Assembly: GCA_965116495.1 (NCBI GenBank)
Contig: OZ220696.1
Location: forward strand, 3,200,001-3,264,000
Reading direction: 5' to 3'
From: Gammaproteobacteria bacterium
GTDB taxonomy: Bacteria; Pseudomonadota; Gammaproteobacteria; Eutrophobiales; Eutrophobiaceae
Length of the DNA: 64,000 nucleotides
Below the pieces are notes generated by a model that worked only from the letters and a program-made list of their open reading frames with translations, had not been told where the DNA came from and searched no databases. The position numbers and the translations under genes are program-made. Each line of letters starts with the position of its first letter. The first letter of the stretch is position 1. This document shows, piece by piece, positions 45,113 to 55,091 of the stretch.

Positions 45113-46232
45113 TGTCAGTAAGGCTTAAACAATGGCTGCAAGCCGCGCTGGCCTGGTGGTCGGCAGGGTTGCTGGCGGCCCTGCCGGCGCGTTGGGTAGC
45201 CAGGCTGCTCACGCCGCCGGATACCGTGACCGTGGCGCGCCGGACTGACAAGCTGGTGTTTAAGCTGTATGACAGGGCCAGCGGAGAGTTGCTCGAGGAG
45301 CGTGGCATGGACGCAGGCGATATCGCCGCGCAAGACGGCATCAACCGCTGGCTTGCCCAGCGGCCACACGACCTCCGGCTGACCCTGCTGCTACCCCGTG
45401 ACGCCTTACTGGAAAAACAGTTGGTGTATCCCCTGGGTGCGGCGCCGGATTTGCGCGCGCTGCTGGCCTTTGAGGTGGAACGGCTCACGCGTTTACCCGT
45501 GAACAAGTGTATTTTGACTACGCGATCACCCGCAGGGATGAGGGCCGCGGCCAACTCCACGTCGCTATGTACCTGGCGCTGCGGCAGGCCGTTCAGCAAC
45601 AACTTGACGGCTTGGACTTCCTGGCGGTAACGCCGATGGCGGTAGCAACAGACGAGTCCGGCGCCCTTGTTAATCTACTCCCTGAATCCGGGCGCGGCGG
45701 CGCCACCGCAGCCGCGGTCCGACCGCTGGCGCGGCCCGCCCTGCTGTGCCTGATCCTGTTAATCGCCGCGCTGTACACGCCCTTGTGGCGTTACGATGCG
45801 TTGGCTGAGCAGCTTGAGGAACAAGTACGTCACCAGCGCACCCAGGCGCTGCAAGCCCAGGCACACACGGCAGGACAACAGCTTGCCCTGGACCGGGCCC
45901 GTTTTCTATCGACCCGGTCGCGTTTTCCCGCGCCGGCCATGCAGTTGCTGTTGGCGTTGACCCAGGCTCTGCCCGATCATACTTCGATACAGCAACTGGT
46001 TCTGGGGGTAGACGAGATACAGGTACAGGGCGAATCTGCGGCAGCCGCCTCGATCATCGGGCTTATCGAGGCCTCGGATTATTTTGAGCAGGTGGAGTTT
46101 CGCGCGCCGCTGACAAAGAACGCCCATGACGGCAAGGAGCGGTTTCACGTGGCGGCCCGGCCCACCGATGCGGATGAGTTAGGGATCCGTTTTGACGTGA
46201 CGGCCTTCATCTACCGGGACCAGCAACCGTGA
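45112..46232 (+). pseudogene. gspL: GspL, frameshifted near 45490, 3' end apparently fused to a gspM tail
   Basis: Adding one C at 45490 joins ORFs 45112-45630 and 45507-46232 as EVERLTPFTREQVYFDY. C-terminal PilN-like part: LTQALPDHT, QVQGES. Confidence 0.8.
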
Positions 46233-46741
46233 CACCCGCCCCGCAGACGATCCGTTCGCTACAGCGCCTGCTGCTCGCCGTGTGTGTTGGCCTGGCCGCT
46301 TACACCGTGTATGAATGGACCCGGCCCTATGCCGCGCCCGACCCGGCGCAGCCCTTCAAGGGGGACTCATCCGGGCTGACGGACAGCGTTATCACCAGCG
46401 CCTATGAACTGTCTCCCCTCGAGAACTTTGCGGACACCCTGGCGCGCCCGCTGTTCAGGAGCGACCGCCGCCCTTATACCGCGCCGCAGCCCGTCCCGGT
46501 CCAGGAACCGGCGCCGGCGCCCGTGGCGGGCATCCCTCTGGACGAGCAGGTAGCCTTGCGCGCCACCATCATCATCGGCGAGAAACGGATTGCCCTTCTG
46601 CACGATATCGTCAACGACAACCCGCTCAGGCTGAGCCGGGGTGAGCGCGTGCACGGCTGGACCCTGACCGATGTGGACACCAACAGCGTGGCCCTGCAGA
46701 AAGACGGGACGGTAGCACGCCTGGCGCTGAAACAGGAATAA
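46229..46741 (+). CDS. Type II secretion protein, XpsN/GspC-like
   Basis: N-terminal TM, RPLFRSDRRP, Pro-rich linker, GERVHGWTL. Confidence 0.7.
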   Translation: MTPAPQTIRSLQRLLLAVCVGLAAYTVYEWTRPYAAPDPAQPFKGDSSGLTDSVITSAYELSPLENFADTLARPLFRSDRRPYTAPQPVPVQEPAPAPVAGIPLDEQVALRATIIIGEKRIALLHDIVNDNPLRLSRGERVHGWTLTDVDTNSVALQKDGTVARLALKQE

Positions 46742-46769
46742 GACGGGCGCGGGATTCAGGCATACATCC

Positions 46770-48491
46770 ATGACTGCAAGCAACATCGGCGACGTATTGG
46801 TTAAGGCCGGCACGTTACAGCCCGCAGAGCTGGAACAGGCCATGCAGGTCAACGACCATCAAACGGACGGTATCGGCCCCCTGTTGGTGCGCCTCGGCCT
46901 GGTGTCGGAGACCGATCTGGTCAACGCCTATGCCGGACACTATGACCTGGTGCTGCTGGCAGACCATGAGCTCCCGGCCACGCCGGTCGACCCGGGTGCG
47001 CTCAACAAAGCCTTCCTGGAGCAAGCCGGCGTACTGCCGCTCAGCGCGGGGCCGGACCGGATGACCCTGGCCGTTACCGATCCGGAAGACCACTTCAGCA
47101 TCCGCGCGGCGGAACTGGCCTGCGGCAAGGCCGCACAGCTCAAGCTGGCGCGCATCAGCCAGGTGCACAACGCCTTGCGCCGGCTCTACGGTGACGACAA
47201 GTCCACCATGGAGGACATTGTCGAGGCGATACCCGCCCAGGCGGTTACTGCCGAGCAGGATTCTGTGGATGAGTTGCGCTCTCTGGCCGCAGAGGCGCCC
47301 ATCATCCAACTGGTCAACCTGATTATCAACCGAGCCGTGAGCCTGCGCGCCTCCGACATCCACATCGAACCGTTTGCCAAGCGGCTGAGTGTGCGCTACC
47401 GCATCGACGGCATCTTGCAGGACGCCGAGGCGCCGCCGGCGCATTCCGGCGCGGCGATCATCTCCCGCATCAAGATCATGGCCAAGCTGAACATCGCCGA
47501 GCGGCGCTTGCCGCAGGACGGGCGCATCCGGTTACGCGCCCAGGGCCGGCTGCTGGACTTGCGGGTAGCGACGTTTCCCACCCTATACGGGGAGAGTATG
47601 GTGTTGCGCATCCTGGACCAGGACCAGGGGGTCACCACGCTGGAACGGCTGGGGTTTGACCCGGCGGTGGCGCACGCGCTGAACGACCTGCTGGCCCTGC
47701 CCCACGGCATTATTCTGGTCACCGGTCCCACCGGCAGCGGCAAGACCACCACCTTGTACGCCGCCTTGCAGCGGCTGAACACGGCCGAGCGCAAAATCCT
47801 CACGGTGGAAGACCCGGTGGAGTACCAGCTCGAAGGTATCAACCAGATGCAGGTGAAACCACAGATCGGGCTGAACTTTGCCGGCGCGTTACGCGCGCTG
47901 GTGCGGCAGGACCCGGACGTGATAATGATAGGCGAGATGCGCGACGTGGAGACCGCCCGGATCGCGGTGCAGGCCGCGCTCACCGGCCACCTGGTCTTCT
48001 CGACGCTGCACACCAACGACGCCGGCAGTTCCATCACCCGCCTGCTGGACATGGGCATCGAGGATTACCTGCTGACCTCCACCCTGAACGGCATCCTGGC
48101 GCAACGTCTGGTGCGCACCCTGTGCCGCGCCTGCCGGACGGCCTATACGCCGGAACCGGCGTTGCGTACCCAGTTACGCCAATGGCTGCCGGCAGAGAAC
48201 ACCGGTAACGTCTCACAGGCTAACGATGACGACACCGGCGCGCTACGCTTGTACCAGGCCAACGGCTGCACGGCCTGTGCGGACACCGGCTATCGCGGGC
48301 GCACCGTTATCGGGGAGTTACTGCGCCTGTCCGATACGTTACGCAGCCAGATACGAGAGGGCGCGGACGGCAAGGTTATCCAACACGCCGCCCTACGCGC
48401 CGGCATGGCCGGCATGCGCACGGACGGACTCAGGAAAGCACTGGCCGGGGTGACTACCGTTGAGGAGGTGACGCGGGTGACTCAAGGGTGA
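46770..48491 (+). CDS. gspE: Type II secretion ATPase GspE
   Basis: ASDIHIEP, RLPQDGR, GPTGSGKTTT, TVEDPVE, RQDPDVIMIGEMRD, TGHLVFSTLHTND, tetracysteine loop. Confidence 0.95.
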   Translation: MTASNIGDVLVKAGTLQPAELEQAMQVNDHQTDGIGPLLVRLGLVSETDLVNAYAGHYDLVLLADHELPATPVDPGALNKAFLEQAGVLPLSAGPDRMTLAVTDPEDHFSIRAAELACGKAAQLKLARISQVHNALRRLYGDDKSTMEDIVEAIPAQAVTAEQDSVDELRSLAAEAPIIQLVNLIINRAVSLRASDIHIEPFAKRLSVRYRIDGILQDAEAPPAHSGAAIISRIKIMAKLNIAERRLPQDGRIRLRAQGRLLDLRVATFPTLYGESMVLRILDQDQGVTTLERLGFDPAVAHALNDLLALPHGIILVTGPTGSGKTTTLYAALQRLNTAERKILTVEDPVEYQLEGINQMQVKPQIGLNFAGALRALVRQDPDVIMIGEMRDVETARIAVQAALTGHLVFSTLHTNDAGSSITRLLDMGIEDYLLTSTLNGILAQRLVRTLCRACRTAYTPEPALRTQLRQWLPAENTGNVSQANDDDTGALRLYQANGCTACADTGYRGRTVIGELLRLSDTLRSQIREGADGKVIQHAALRAGMAGMRTDGLRKALAGVTTVEEVTRVTQG

Positions 48492-48548
48492 TGTGCCGGT
48501 CCTGGCGTCATCGGTGCGTCGAGGTCTGCCGTTGACATAGACGCCATC

Positions 48549-48664
48549 TGGAACTCTTACAGCCCCGGTTTTGCTGGAAAAAAGGGGCGTTTAAGGGGAG
48601 ATAACAGGCAGAATAGACGTATAAACTCAATGAAAACAATTAATTGGGATGGTCCGACCCCATC
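48549..48664 (+). repeat. 116-bp element ending ATGGTCCGACCCC, copy 1
   Basis: Near-identical direct copy at 49841-49956, diverged inverted copy at 49618-49710. Confidence 0.85.
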
Positions 48665-48761
48665 TCCAGTACAATGAACCAGCCATTGCCAAACCGGAAT
48701 AGATGGGCTGGTGCACCCATAAGTAACTTGCAGTGGGGGACGTTAGACAGTAATGAGGGTG

Positions 48762-49133
48762 TTATTTCGGAAAGTACCTGACGTTTTTTAAATCCTTGAA
48801 ATCCATATCCTGCGTCCATATTGTTGCATTATATCTCCGCGCCGTTGCGTAAATTATGCTGTCTGCCAAGGGAAGTTTATAGTCAACTCCAAAGTAGGCC
48901 GCTTTCACCGCCAACCCCTCAGTCAGTGAAACAACCTTCCCCTGTTCCATATGTGTAATAGCCTTCAGAGCTGCATCCTCACCCCGCCGACGCATGATAA
49001 CTTTGAAAACCTCAGTCAAGGTGATGCTGGGCACCAGCAGTTCTTCCAGTCGTCCAATTGGTTCGGCAAAACATCGTGAATTTTTTTCGCTGGTAAAATA
49101 GGATAACCACCCGGATGAGTCGACCACGTTCAT
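48762..49133 (-). CDS. vapC: VapC (PIN domain) toxin
   Basis: VVDSSGW, TLTEV, LADSIIYATA, WTQD.DF. Confidence 0.92.
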   Translation of the reverse strand: MNVVDSSGWLSYFTSEKNSRCFAEPIGRLEELLVPSITLTEVFKVIMRRRGEDAALKAITHMEQGKVVSLTEGLAVKAAYFGVDYKLPLADSIIYATARRYNATIWTQDMDFKDLKNVRYFPK

Positions 49134-49336
49134 ACCCGATCTTCATCGCGCTCCAGAGTTGTATCCATGCCTTTCAGAAAGCCTCTCAAGTTCTCCATTG
49201 GCTCTATGGGAATCAGATGTATCCGACCGCGGTAATTGATCATCTGAATCTTCTGTCCCGAGACAATTCCACTTTCCTCCCTGATTTCTTTAGGAATTAC
49301 AATCTGATATTTTGGTGAGACGGTAACAGTAGTCAT
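49130..49336 (-). CDS. vapB: AbrB/MazE-type antitoxin (VapB)
   Basis: MTTVTVSPKYQIVIPKEIRE. Stop overlaps the vapC start. TACTAC-G-GTAGTA palindrome upstream at 49364. Confidence 0.9.
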   Translation of the reverse strand: MTTVTVSPKYQIVIPKEIREESGIVSGQKIQMINYRGRIHLIPIEPMENLRGFLKGMDTTLERDEDRV

Positions 49337-49415
49337 GGGGGCTTTTCCATCGAAAAAATATGGTACTACGGTAGTAGTATCGATACGGGATGTCAAGAAA
49401 CTGAAACAGAAAAAG

Positions 49416-49607
49416 TGTTAGGAACAAATAAACTGTCCGCATCTGTAATACATAATCTGTCCGGTTTTATCATGTTGGTTTTTTGGAGACATGATGAAGC
49501 GGACAGAGTGGTTACAGGAGACAAAGCAAATGCGCTTCGAAGAAGCTTATTCAGGTTGGACAGAGCGGCGTTTGACGCAGGAAGAGGCGGCCCGGTTACT
49601 GCGGGTT
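49416..49607 (+). mobile_element. Left end and first ~39 codons of an ISNCY/IS1202-like transposase (remnant)
   Basis: TGT terminus, repeated CTGTCCG boxes (49433, 49457), GGAG RBS, MKRTEWLQETKQMRFEEAYSGWTERRLTQEEAARLL cut at the HTH. Confidence 0.65.
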
Positions 49608-49617
49608 GGAGAGGAAG

Positions 49618-49710
49618 GGGGTCAGACCATCCTAACTATTTGTTTCCACTCTGTTTACATGCTTATTTGTCCTGCTGTTTTTCCTTAAAGCCCTCTTTTT
49701 GCCATCAAAA
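49618..49710 (-). repeat. Diverged inverted copy of the 116-bp element
   Basis: Minus strand TTTTGATGGCAAAAAGAGGGCTTTAAGG...GGATGGTCTGACCCC aligns with copy 1. Confidence 0.65.
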
Positions 49711-49800
49711 ACGAATTTTAAGGTTTTATCAAATACATGTGCTGATCCGACCCCATCTCTCCCGGACCTCTCCCAGTACGGTTTGACTGGCACTCAAACT

Positions 49801-49837
49801 GAACCGGAATCAGTGTTCACGTTCGCCGGAATACGCA
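49801..49837. mobile_element. Isolated IS21-family-like terminal repeat
   Basis: CCGGAATCAGTGTTCACGTTCGCCGGAATACGCA, reverse TGCGTATTCCGGCGAACGTGAACAC, with repeated CCGGAAT. Family assignment is from recall. Confidence 0.55.
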
Positions 49838-49840
49838 GCA

Positions 49841-49956
49841 TGGAACTCTTACAGCCCCGGTTTTGCCGGTAAAAAGGGGCGTTTAAGGGGGGATAACAGG
49901 CAGAATTGAGCTATAAACTCAATGAAAACAATTAGTTGTTATGGTCCGACCCCATC
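49841..49956 (+). repeat. 116-bp element ending ATGGTCCGACCCC, copy 2
   Basis: Direct repeat of 48549-48664. Confidence 0.85.
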
Positions 49957-50140
49957 CCTTACTGCGATCTCTGCACTGGTTCTAATCGGAATAGCGTACT
50001 GACAATAGTTTCCTAATGTAATTGGATAATTTATCCCAATCCAAGAAAGAGGCTGTTTTCAAAATAGGGCATTTACCGCTCCCCATATCATCCGCACCAT
50101 GACAAGTTAACCGGTCAGAATTAAATTGAAAGAGTACTAG

Positions 50141-50719
50141 TTAATGTATCACACGATAATACCAGGAGCCGTCGAGACATAAAAAATCAGTCCAGCCTCC
50201 GCTACGTTCAGTACGAATTAGCTTTGCCTGGTCCGTAAAGATAATTTTATCTGCCGTTTTTCCATCAACAACAGGATAAAATGTGGAAGACATTATTCCT
50301 TTGGTTGTAGACTTTTCAATAATACTCAGCCCCCCAACCTTGTATTCTAACGGTATCTGGCTTGGGCAGATACTGTACTCCTCGAATTTAGCAAAGGGAG
50401 CATTATTGTGTTTTCCAGAAAAGACAAGGATCCTATATGTATATTCATCATTTGGATTGTTTGATTGACACGCCATTATCAGTGTTTGTTCATCTTCTGT
50501 GAAATCCTCGGTGACCAAGTAGGGCGGAGTAAAAACGAAAGGGCTGTCATAATAAAAGTCCTTTATCGGCGAACAGCCCTGTGGCGCCATATAGGTATGG
50601 TAATAATGATAAGGGATATTACTGTATTCCGGCATAGGAGCAATCATGGAATCACTTGCAAAACTATACGCGAACGGCCATATAAGCAGAATTGCAGTTT
50701 GAATCGTCTGCTTCATCAT
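50141..50719 (-). CDS. Probable Rhs immunity protein, exported
   Basis: 12 nt downstream of the Rhs stop, AT-rich, Sec-type leader (KQTIQTAILLIWPFAYSFA), four Cys. Confidence 0.7.
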   Translation of the reverse strand: MMKQTIQTAILLIWPFAYSFASDSMIAPMPEYSNIPYHYYHTYMAPQGCSPIKDFYYDSPFVFTPPYLVTEDFTEDEQTLIMACQSNNPNDEYTYRILVFSGKHNNAPFAKFEEYSICPSQIPLEYKVGGLSIIEKSTTKGIMSSTFYPVVDGKTADKIIFTDQAKLIRTERSGGWTDFLCLDGSWYYRVIH

Positions 50720-50731
50720 TTAGCTATCCTG

Positions 50732-52474
50732 TTACTGGTTGATACATTCATCAGCATTGCACGTAATGTGTATATGACCTCTATTAGATACTCCAGAAGG
50801 ATAGGTTTTACTGTGCAACACTTTGAAGTCAGTATGCGCATGTATAAAGGATATGACCTGGTTTCTGGTCAGACCTGTTTCAGCAAACCGGATATCTAGC
50901 GCACGGTTATTGTAAGGCATCTGATCATTATGAAAACCTATACTGTCATCAACGAACTCGCCCGTTGAATGGGAAATAGAACCGTCTCTTTCACTGTCAT
51001 AATACCTGTCTCCTCCAGAAACGCTTACGCGACCACCGGTATGCTCCTGTAATGCTGCGTTCAGCGTCTCTGCTTCCGTTCGCACACCCTCATTCTTGAC
51101 CACACAAGCATTTCCACCTCCACAATCACTGTAATCTACTCCGTTTTGTATGTTCCTGGCTCTCGTCTCCGCATTAAACAACTGCGCCATAGCCGAGGTC
51201 AAGGCCCCGTTGGCAAACTTCCCACCCGTTATCCTGGAGATGGTGCCGCCCACGGTGGCGGCAATGGCGGTGCGGCCCATGACCGCCGGGGCGCTGCCGT
51301 CCGCATAACTGAACCGTCCCATCACCGCCTTGGAGATGCCCGCCGCCAGGAACCCGTGCCCGAACTGGCCGCCCTGCAACTCTGCCAGTATCCCCCCGGC
51401 CAGCCCGTGCGTGAGCACATGGCCGAAACCCCCTTGTTGGAAAAAACCCGCCTCCGCCGCGAACTGACTCCCTATCCCATAGAACGCCGCCGCACTGATA
51501 CCTCCGAACAAGGCACCTTTGTACGAGCCCGAGGCGATGCCCCCGGTCCAGAACCCGAAGGTAAACGCACTCCCCCAGGAACTGATGACCCACTCCCGTA
51601 CCACCGGGATGGCTAACAAGGCAATACCCAGAAACGGTGCAAAGTCCCCAAACACCTTGTTCAGGCCCTTGAACACCTTCTTGAACAGCTTCCCGATAAA
51701 GTACCCGCTGGGGTTGGTATAGGTCAACGGATTATTCAGCACATAGCTGTAGGTGTTCCAGCTCTGGCTGTAGTGCGGGAACTGCACTATCGGGTCGGCC
51801 TGTAAGAACCGGCCGAGCCTCGGGTCATAGATGCGCCCGTTCATGTGGATGATGCCATACGCATCGAGCATCTCATGGCCGGTGTAGCCCCGGGGGGTGG
51901 TCCGGCTGTGCAGGGTGCTTCTCAGTGTCAGCAGGGCCAGTATCGCCGCGGTGCCGGGGGTTCGTCTCTGGCCCCAGGCATCGTAGCTGAAGGACTGGTC
52001 AAGCCTGCCGTACTGGTTAAGGAGGGCAGTGAGGCTGCCCAGGTGGTCCTTGAGCAGGTAGTGGGTCGTCTCGGCGGTGCGGGTGTCGCGGGTGTCATGG
52101 TCCTGGGTGATGAGCACGGCGCCATTGGCCAGGTACCGTTTCCAGGTGCTGCTGCCGTCCTCGGCGATGACGTGCTCCACGTTGCCGAGGTACACCGTGG
52201 TGGTGGTCGTGCGGCCGTTACCGGTGCGGGTGATGTCCGTGCGGGTGAGACGGGACCGGGCCGGGCCGTAGGTGAAGTGCACCTGGGCGGCCGTTCCCCG
52301 GTAGATGCTCTTGATTTTGTTGAAGGGCGTGTAGTCCAGTGAGCGCCCGGCCCCGGACACCTGGTTGCCCATAGCGTCGTAGTTGTAGTAGGTGCGCGTC
52401 GTGTTGTTGTCCTGGTCCGTTATCTCGGTCTTATCCACGGCATAGGGGTGGGCGGCGTGGTAGCTGTAGGCGCT
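50732..52474 (-). pseudogene. 5'-truncated Rhs protein: core, Gly/Ala-rich linker and C-terminal toxin tip
   Basis: YDAMGN/YDAWG repeats, RGYTGHE...HMNGRIYDPRLGRFLQADP, NNPLTYTNPSGY cleavage motif. Rhs-like sequence stops near 52474. Confidence 0.85.
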
Positions 52475-52793
52475 ACAGCGTCCAAACCCCCGGCGGTGTT
52501 GCCCCGGCGGCGTTGTACCACCAGCTGCAAAACGGCAAATTCGTGATTGCACACGACGGAACGGATTGTGCCAGTAATTTCTTTTGATAGACAAACATGA
52601 ATGACTATTCAGCAACAATTTGTAATCCCATTCATTTTAGGGTCGGACCAGGCCGAACGGGCAGAAGCTACTGATAATAAAGATAAACTTTCTCAAAAGG
52701 CGTGCTATTATGGGCTTAAATTGCGGTTTTTACAGGTCAAAACAGCACTTTAAGGAAAGTTCGGACTCCCGCTAAAGAAATGAGAAAACAGGT

Positions 52794-53594
52794 ATGGATG
52801 TTCCCAAGCCGCGTAATTATTACACGCAACCGCAGTTTATCGACCTGAACGGTCTGCGCACGGCCTTCCGGCGCAAGGGTAGCGGGGAGCCGGTGCTGTT
52901 CTTGCACGGGGCAGGATCGACGCGAATGTGGCTGCCCATGTACGAACGCTTCTCGCAATCGGTGGATTTCATCGCGCCGGAACACCCGGGCTTCGGCGAA
53001 ACACCGCGCCCGGATTGGTTGCAGAATTTCAATGATCTCGTTATTCACTACGATCAACTACGGGCACAACTGGGTATTGAGAGGTTTCACCTGGTCGGCT
53101 GGTCCCTGGGCGGGTGGGCCGCGGCGGAATTTGCATCTTATTACCCCCGCTGCTTGAAATCCCTGACCCTGATCGTGCCCATAGGGTTGCGCCTGGTCGA
53201 CAATCCCGGCGTCGACTTTTTCAAACTCCTGCCTGAGGAACTTGTTGACCTGCTTTTTAACGACAAGACAGCGCTTGAAGCTGTGGCGCCGGATCCGGAT
53301 GATTTCGAGGAGATCTGCCAGGCACATTATGAAGCCTCAACCTTCGCCAAGCTGATCTGGTCGCCGCGCTACAACCTGGCCCTGGAACACCGCCTGCAAA
53401 GGCTCGACTGCCCGACCCTGGTGGTCAAGGCCGAGGATGACCGGCTGGTTCCCAACGAGATGGGAGACCGTTTTTCCGAAGTGATACCGGGCGCAAAGAC
53501 CGTCACTATCCCGGAAACGGGCCATGCACTTTGCATTGAACGCCCCCATGATACCGCCGCTGCCATATTGAAGTTCATTGAGGAGAACGCTTGA
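52794..53594 (+). CDS. Alpha/beta fold hydrolase
   Basis: FLHGAG, HPGFG, GWSLGG, TGHAL. Confidence 0.92.
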   Translation: MDVPKPRNYYTQPQFIDLNGLRTAFRRKGSGEPVLFLHGAGSTRMWLPMYERFSQSVDFIAPEHPGFGETPRPDWLQNFNDLVIHYDQLRAQLGIERFHLVGWSLGGWAAAEFASYYPRCLKSLTLIVPIGLRLVDNPGVDFFKLLPEELVDLLFNDKTALEAVAPDPDDFEEICQAHYEASTFAKLIWSPRYNLALEHRLQRLDCPTLVVKAEDDRLVPNEMGDRFSEVIPGAKTVTIPETGHALCIERPHDTAAAILKFIEENA

Positions 53595-54952
53595 TGAATA
53601 AATTGAAATTCTACTTCTTTCATTTGATGCCCTATGGTTTTGTGCCCAGGTCCAGTGAGTTTGATTCATCCTGGGTGACATTGTCCAACAAACACTATGA
53701 TCCAACCCGCGGCCACCAGCTCTACAACGAGTACATCGACCTGCTGGTGGCGGCGGAAAAGTACGGTTATGACGGCGCTATCGTCAACGAACACCACGCC
53801 AATGCCTACGGCACCATGCCGTCACCCAACCTGATAGCGGCCATGGTGGTCACCAGGACGAAGCAAATGCCTGTTGGCATCGTCGGCAACGCCATCCCGT
53901 TGCACGGAAACCCAGTGCGGGTCGCTGAGGAGATAGCCATGCTGGACGTGATCTCCGGCGGGCGCATCATCTCCGGATTTGTACGCGGCATCGGCTGCGA
54001 GTACTTTAACAATCCCGTATCGCCGACGGACTCCGTGGAGCGGTTCTGGGAAGCCAATGAACTGATCCTCAAGGCCTGGACCGACCCCGGTCCGTTCACG
54101 TGGCAGGGAAAACATTATTACATCCCCAACGTCAACGTCTGGCCGCGCCCCATCCAGAAACCCCACCCCCCGGTCTGGCTGCCGGGCATGGGTTCCCTGG
54201 AAACCCTGCGGGAATGCGCCAGGAACCGGTATACCTACATGATGATCTTCGCGCCCACCTGGATGTGTAAATGGGCCTTCGACAAGCTGAAGGAGGAAGC
54301 GGAGAAATGTGGATACGAGTTGCCCAGGGACCAGTGCATGGCGGCCATCCCCACTTACGTGGCGGAAACGGATAAACAGGCGCACCGGGAGGCCAAGGCC
54401 CACATGCAATGGCTGTTCAATACCGGACTCAAGATAAAATCCAGCCATTATTTCCCGCCGGGATACATGAGCGACCGTTCCTTCCGCGGCTACTGGTCGG
54501 CCGTACGTGACAAGGGCGCCAAGGCGCCCATGGATCTGACCTACGATGACCTGATAAAACAGGGATATATCATCGTCGGTTCGCCCCAGACCGTGGCGGA
54601 AGGTTACGCGCAATACTGTGATGAACTCGGTGCCGGCGGCGTGCTCTGTGCCGGTTCGCCCTCCGGCCCCATGCCGAACTGGATGGCAATGAAAAACATG
54701 CAGATGTTTGCCGAGGAAGTCATGCCCCTGTTCCGCGCGGAGGACGGCAAGCCGGAGTACCTGAGAGAAGAGCGGAAGATCGGCAGCACCAACGCCGAAC
54801 GGGCCGCACAACTGGGTGAACCGGACAATCCGCCCACCGCGCCCATCCAGGGTATGGATGAGGTCCCCGATCTCAGGACCATACACCTGCCGGAGATGAT
54901 CGATGCGTCGCTCTACGACGGGGTTACCCGGGGGCTGATGGAGAAGGATTAA
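53591..54952 (+). CDS. LLM class flavin-dependent monooxygenase
   Basis: NEHH, PVRVAEEIAMLDVISGGR, PRPIQKPHPP, FAEEVMP. Confidence 0.93.
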   Translation: MMNKLKFYFFHLMPYGFVPRSSEFDSSWVTLSNKHYDPTRGHQLYNEYIDLLVAAEKYGYDGAIVNEHHANAYGTMPSPNLIAAMVVTRTKQMPVGIVGNAIPLHGNPVRVAEEIAMLDVISGGRIISGFVRGIGCEYFNNPVSPTDSVERFWEANELILKAWTDPGPFTWQGKHYYIPNVNVWPRPIQKPHPPVWLPGMGSLETLRECARNRYTYMMIFAPTWMCKWAFDKLKEEAEKCGYELPRDQCMAAIPTYVAETDKQAHREAKAHMQWLFNTGLKIKSSHYFPPGYMSDRSFRGYWSAVRDKGAKAPMDLTYDDLIKQGYIIVGSPQTVAEGYAQYCDELGAGGVLCAGSPSGPMPNWMAMKNMQMFAEEVMPLFRAEDGKPEYLREERKIGSTNAERAAQLGEPDNPPTAPIQGMDEVPDLRTIHLPEMIDASLYDGVTRGLMEKD

Positions 54953-55091
54953 GTCCGGACACCAGGGGCCTGTCGCGGCGGCAGCGTAACAGAGTTATCA
55001 AGGCACCGCCCTCATGGCGCGAGCCCCTGTTGCGCGGAATTTTGCTTCACCACCGGGCAACTATCTCTCTGTTCAACAATAGTAAATTCCT

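Noticed and set aside
45485-45510. Programmed frameshift in gspL
   Set aside because: No slippery run at the site. A single lost C plus other lesions in the cluster favours mutation or sequencing error.
49380-49416. dif/Xer site beside the IS1202-like end
   Set aside because: No XerC/XerD-like arm (for example TTATGTTAAAT) is visible
52475-52618. N-terminal 48 codons of the 628-aa Rhs ORF
   Set aside because: TTG start without Rhs character. It is most likely read-through across a junction.
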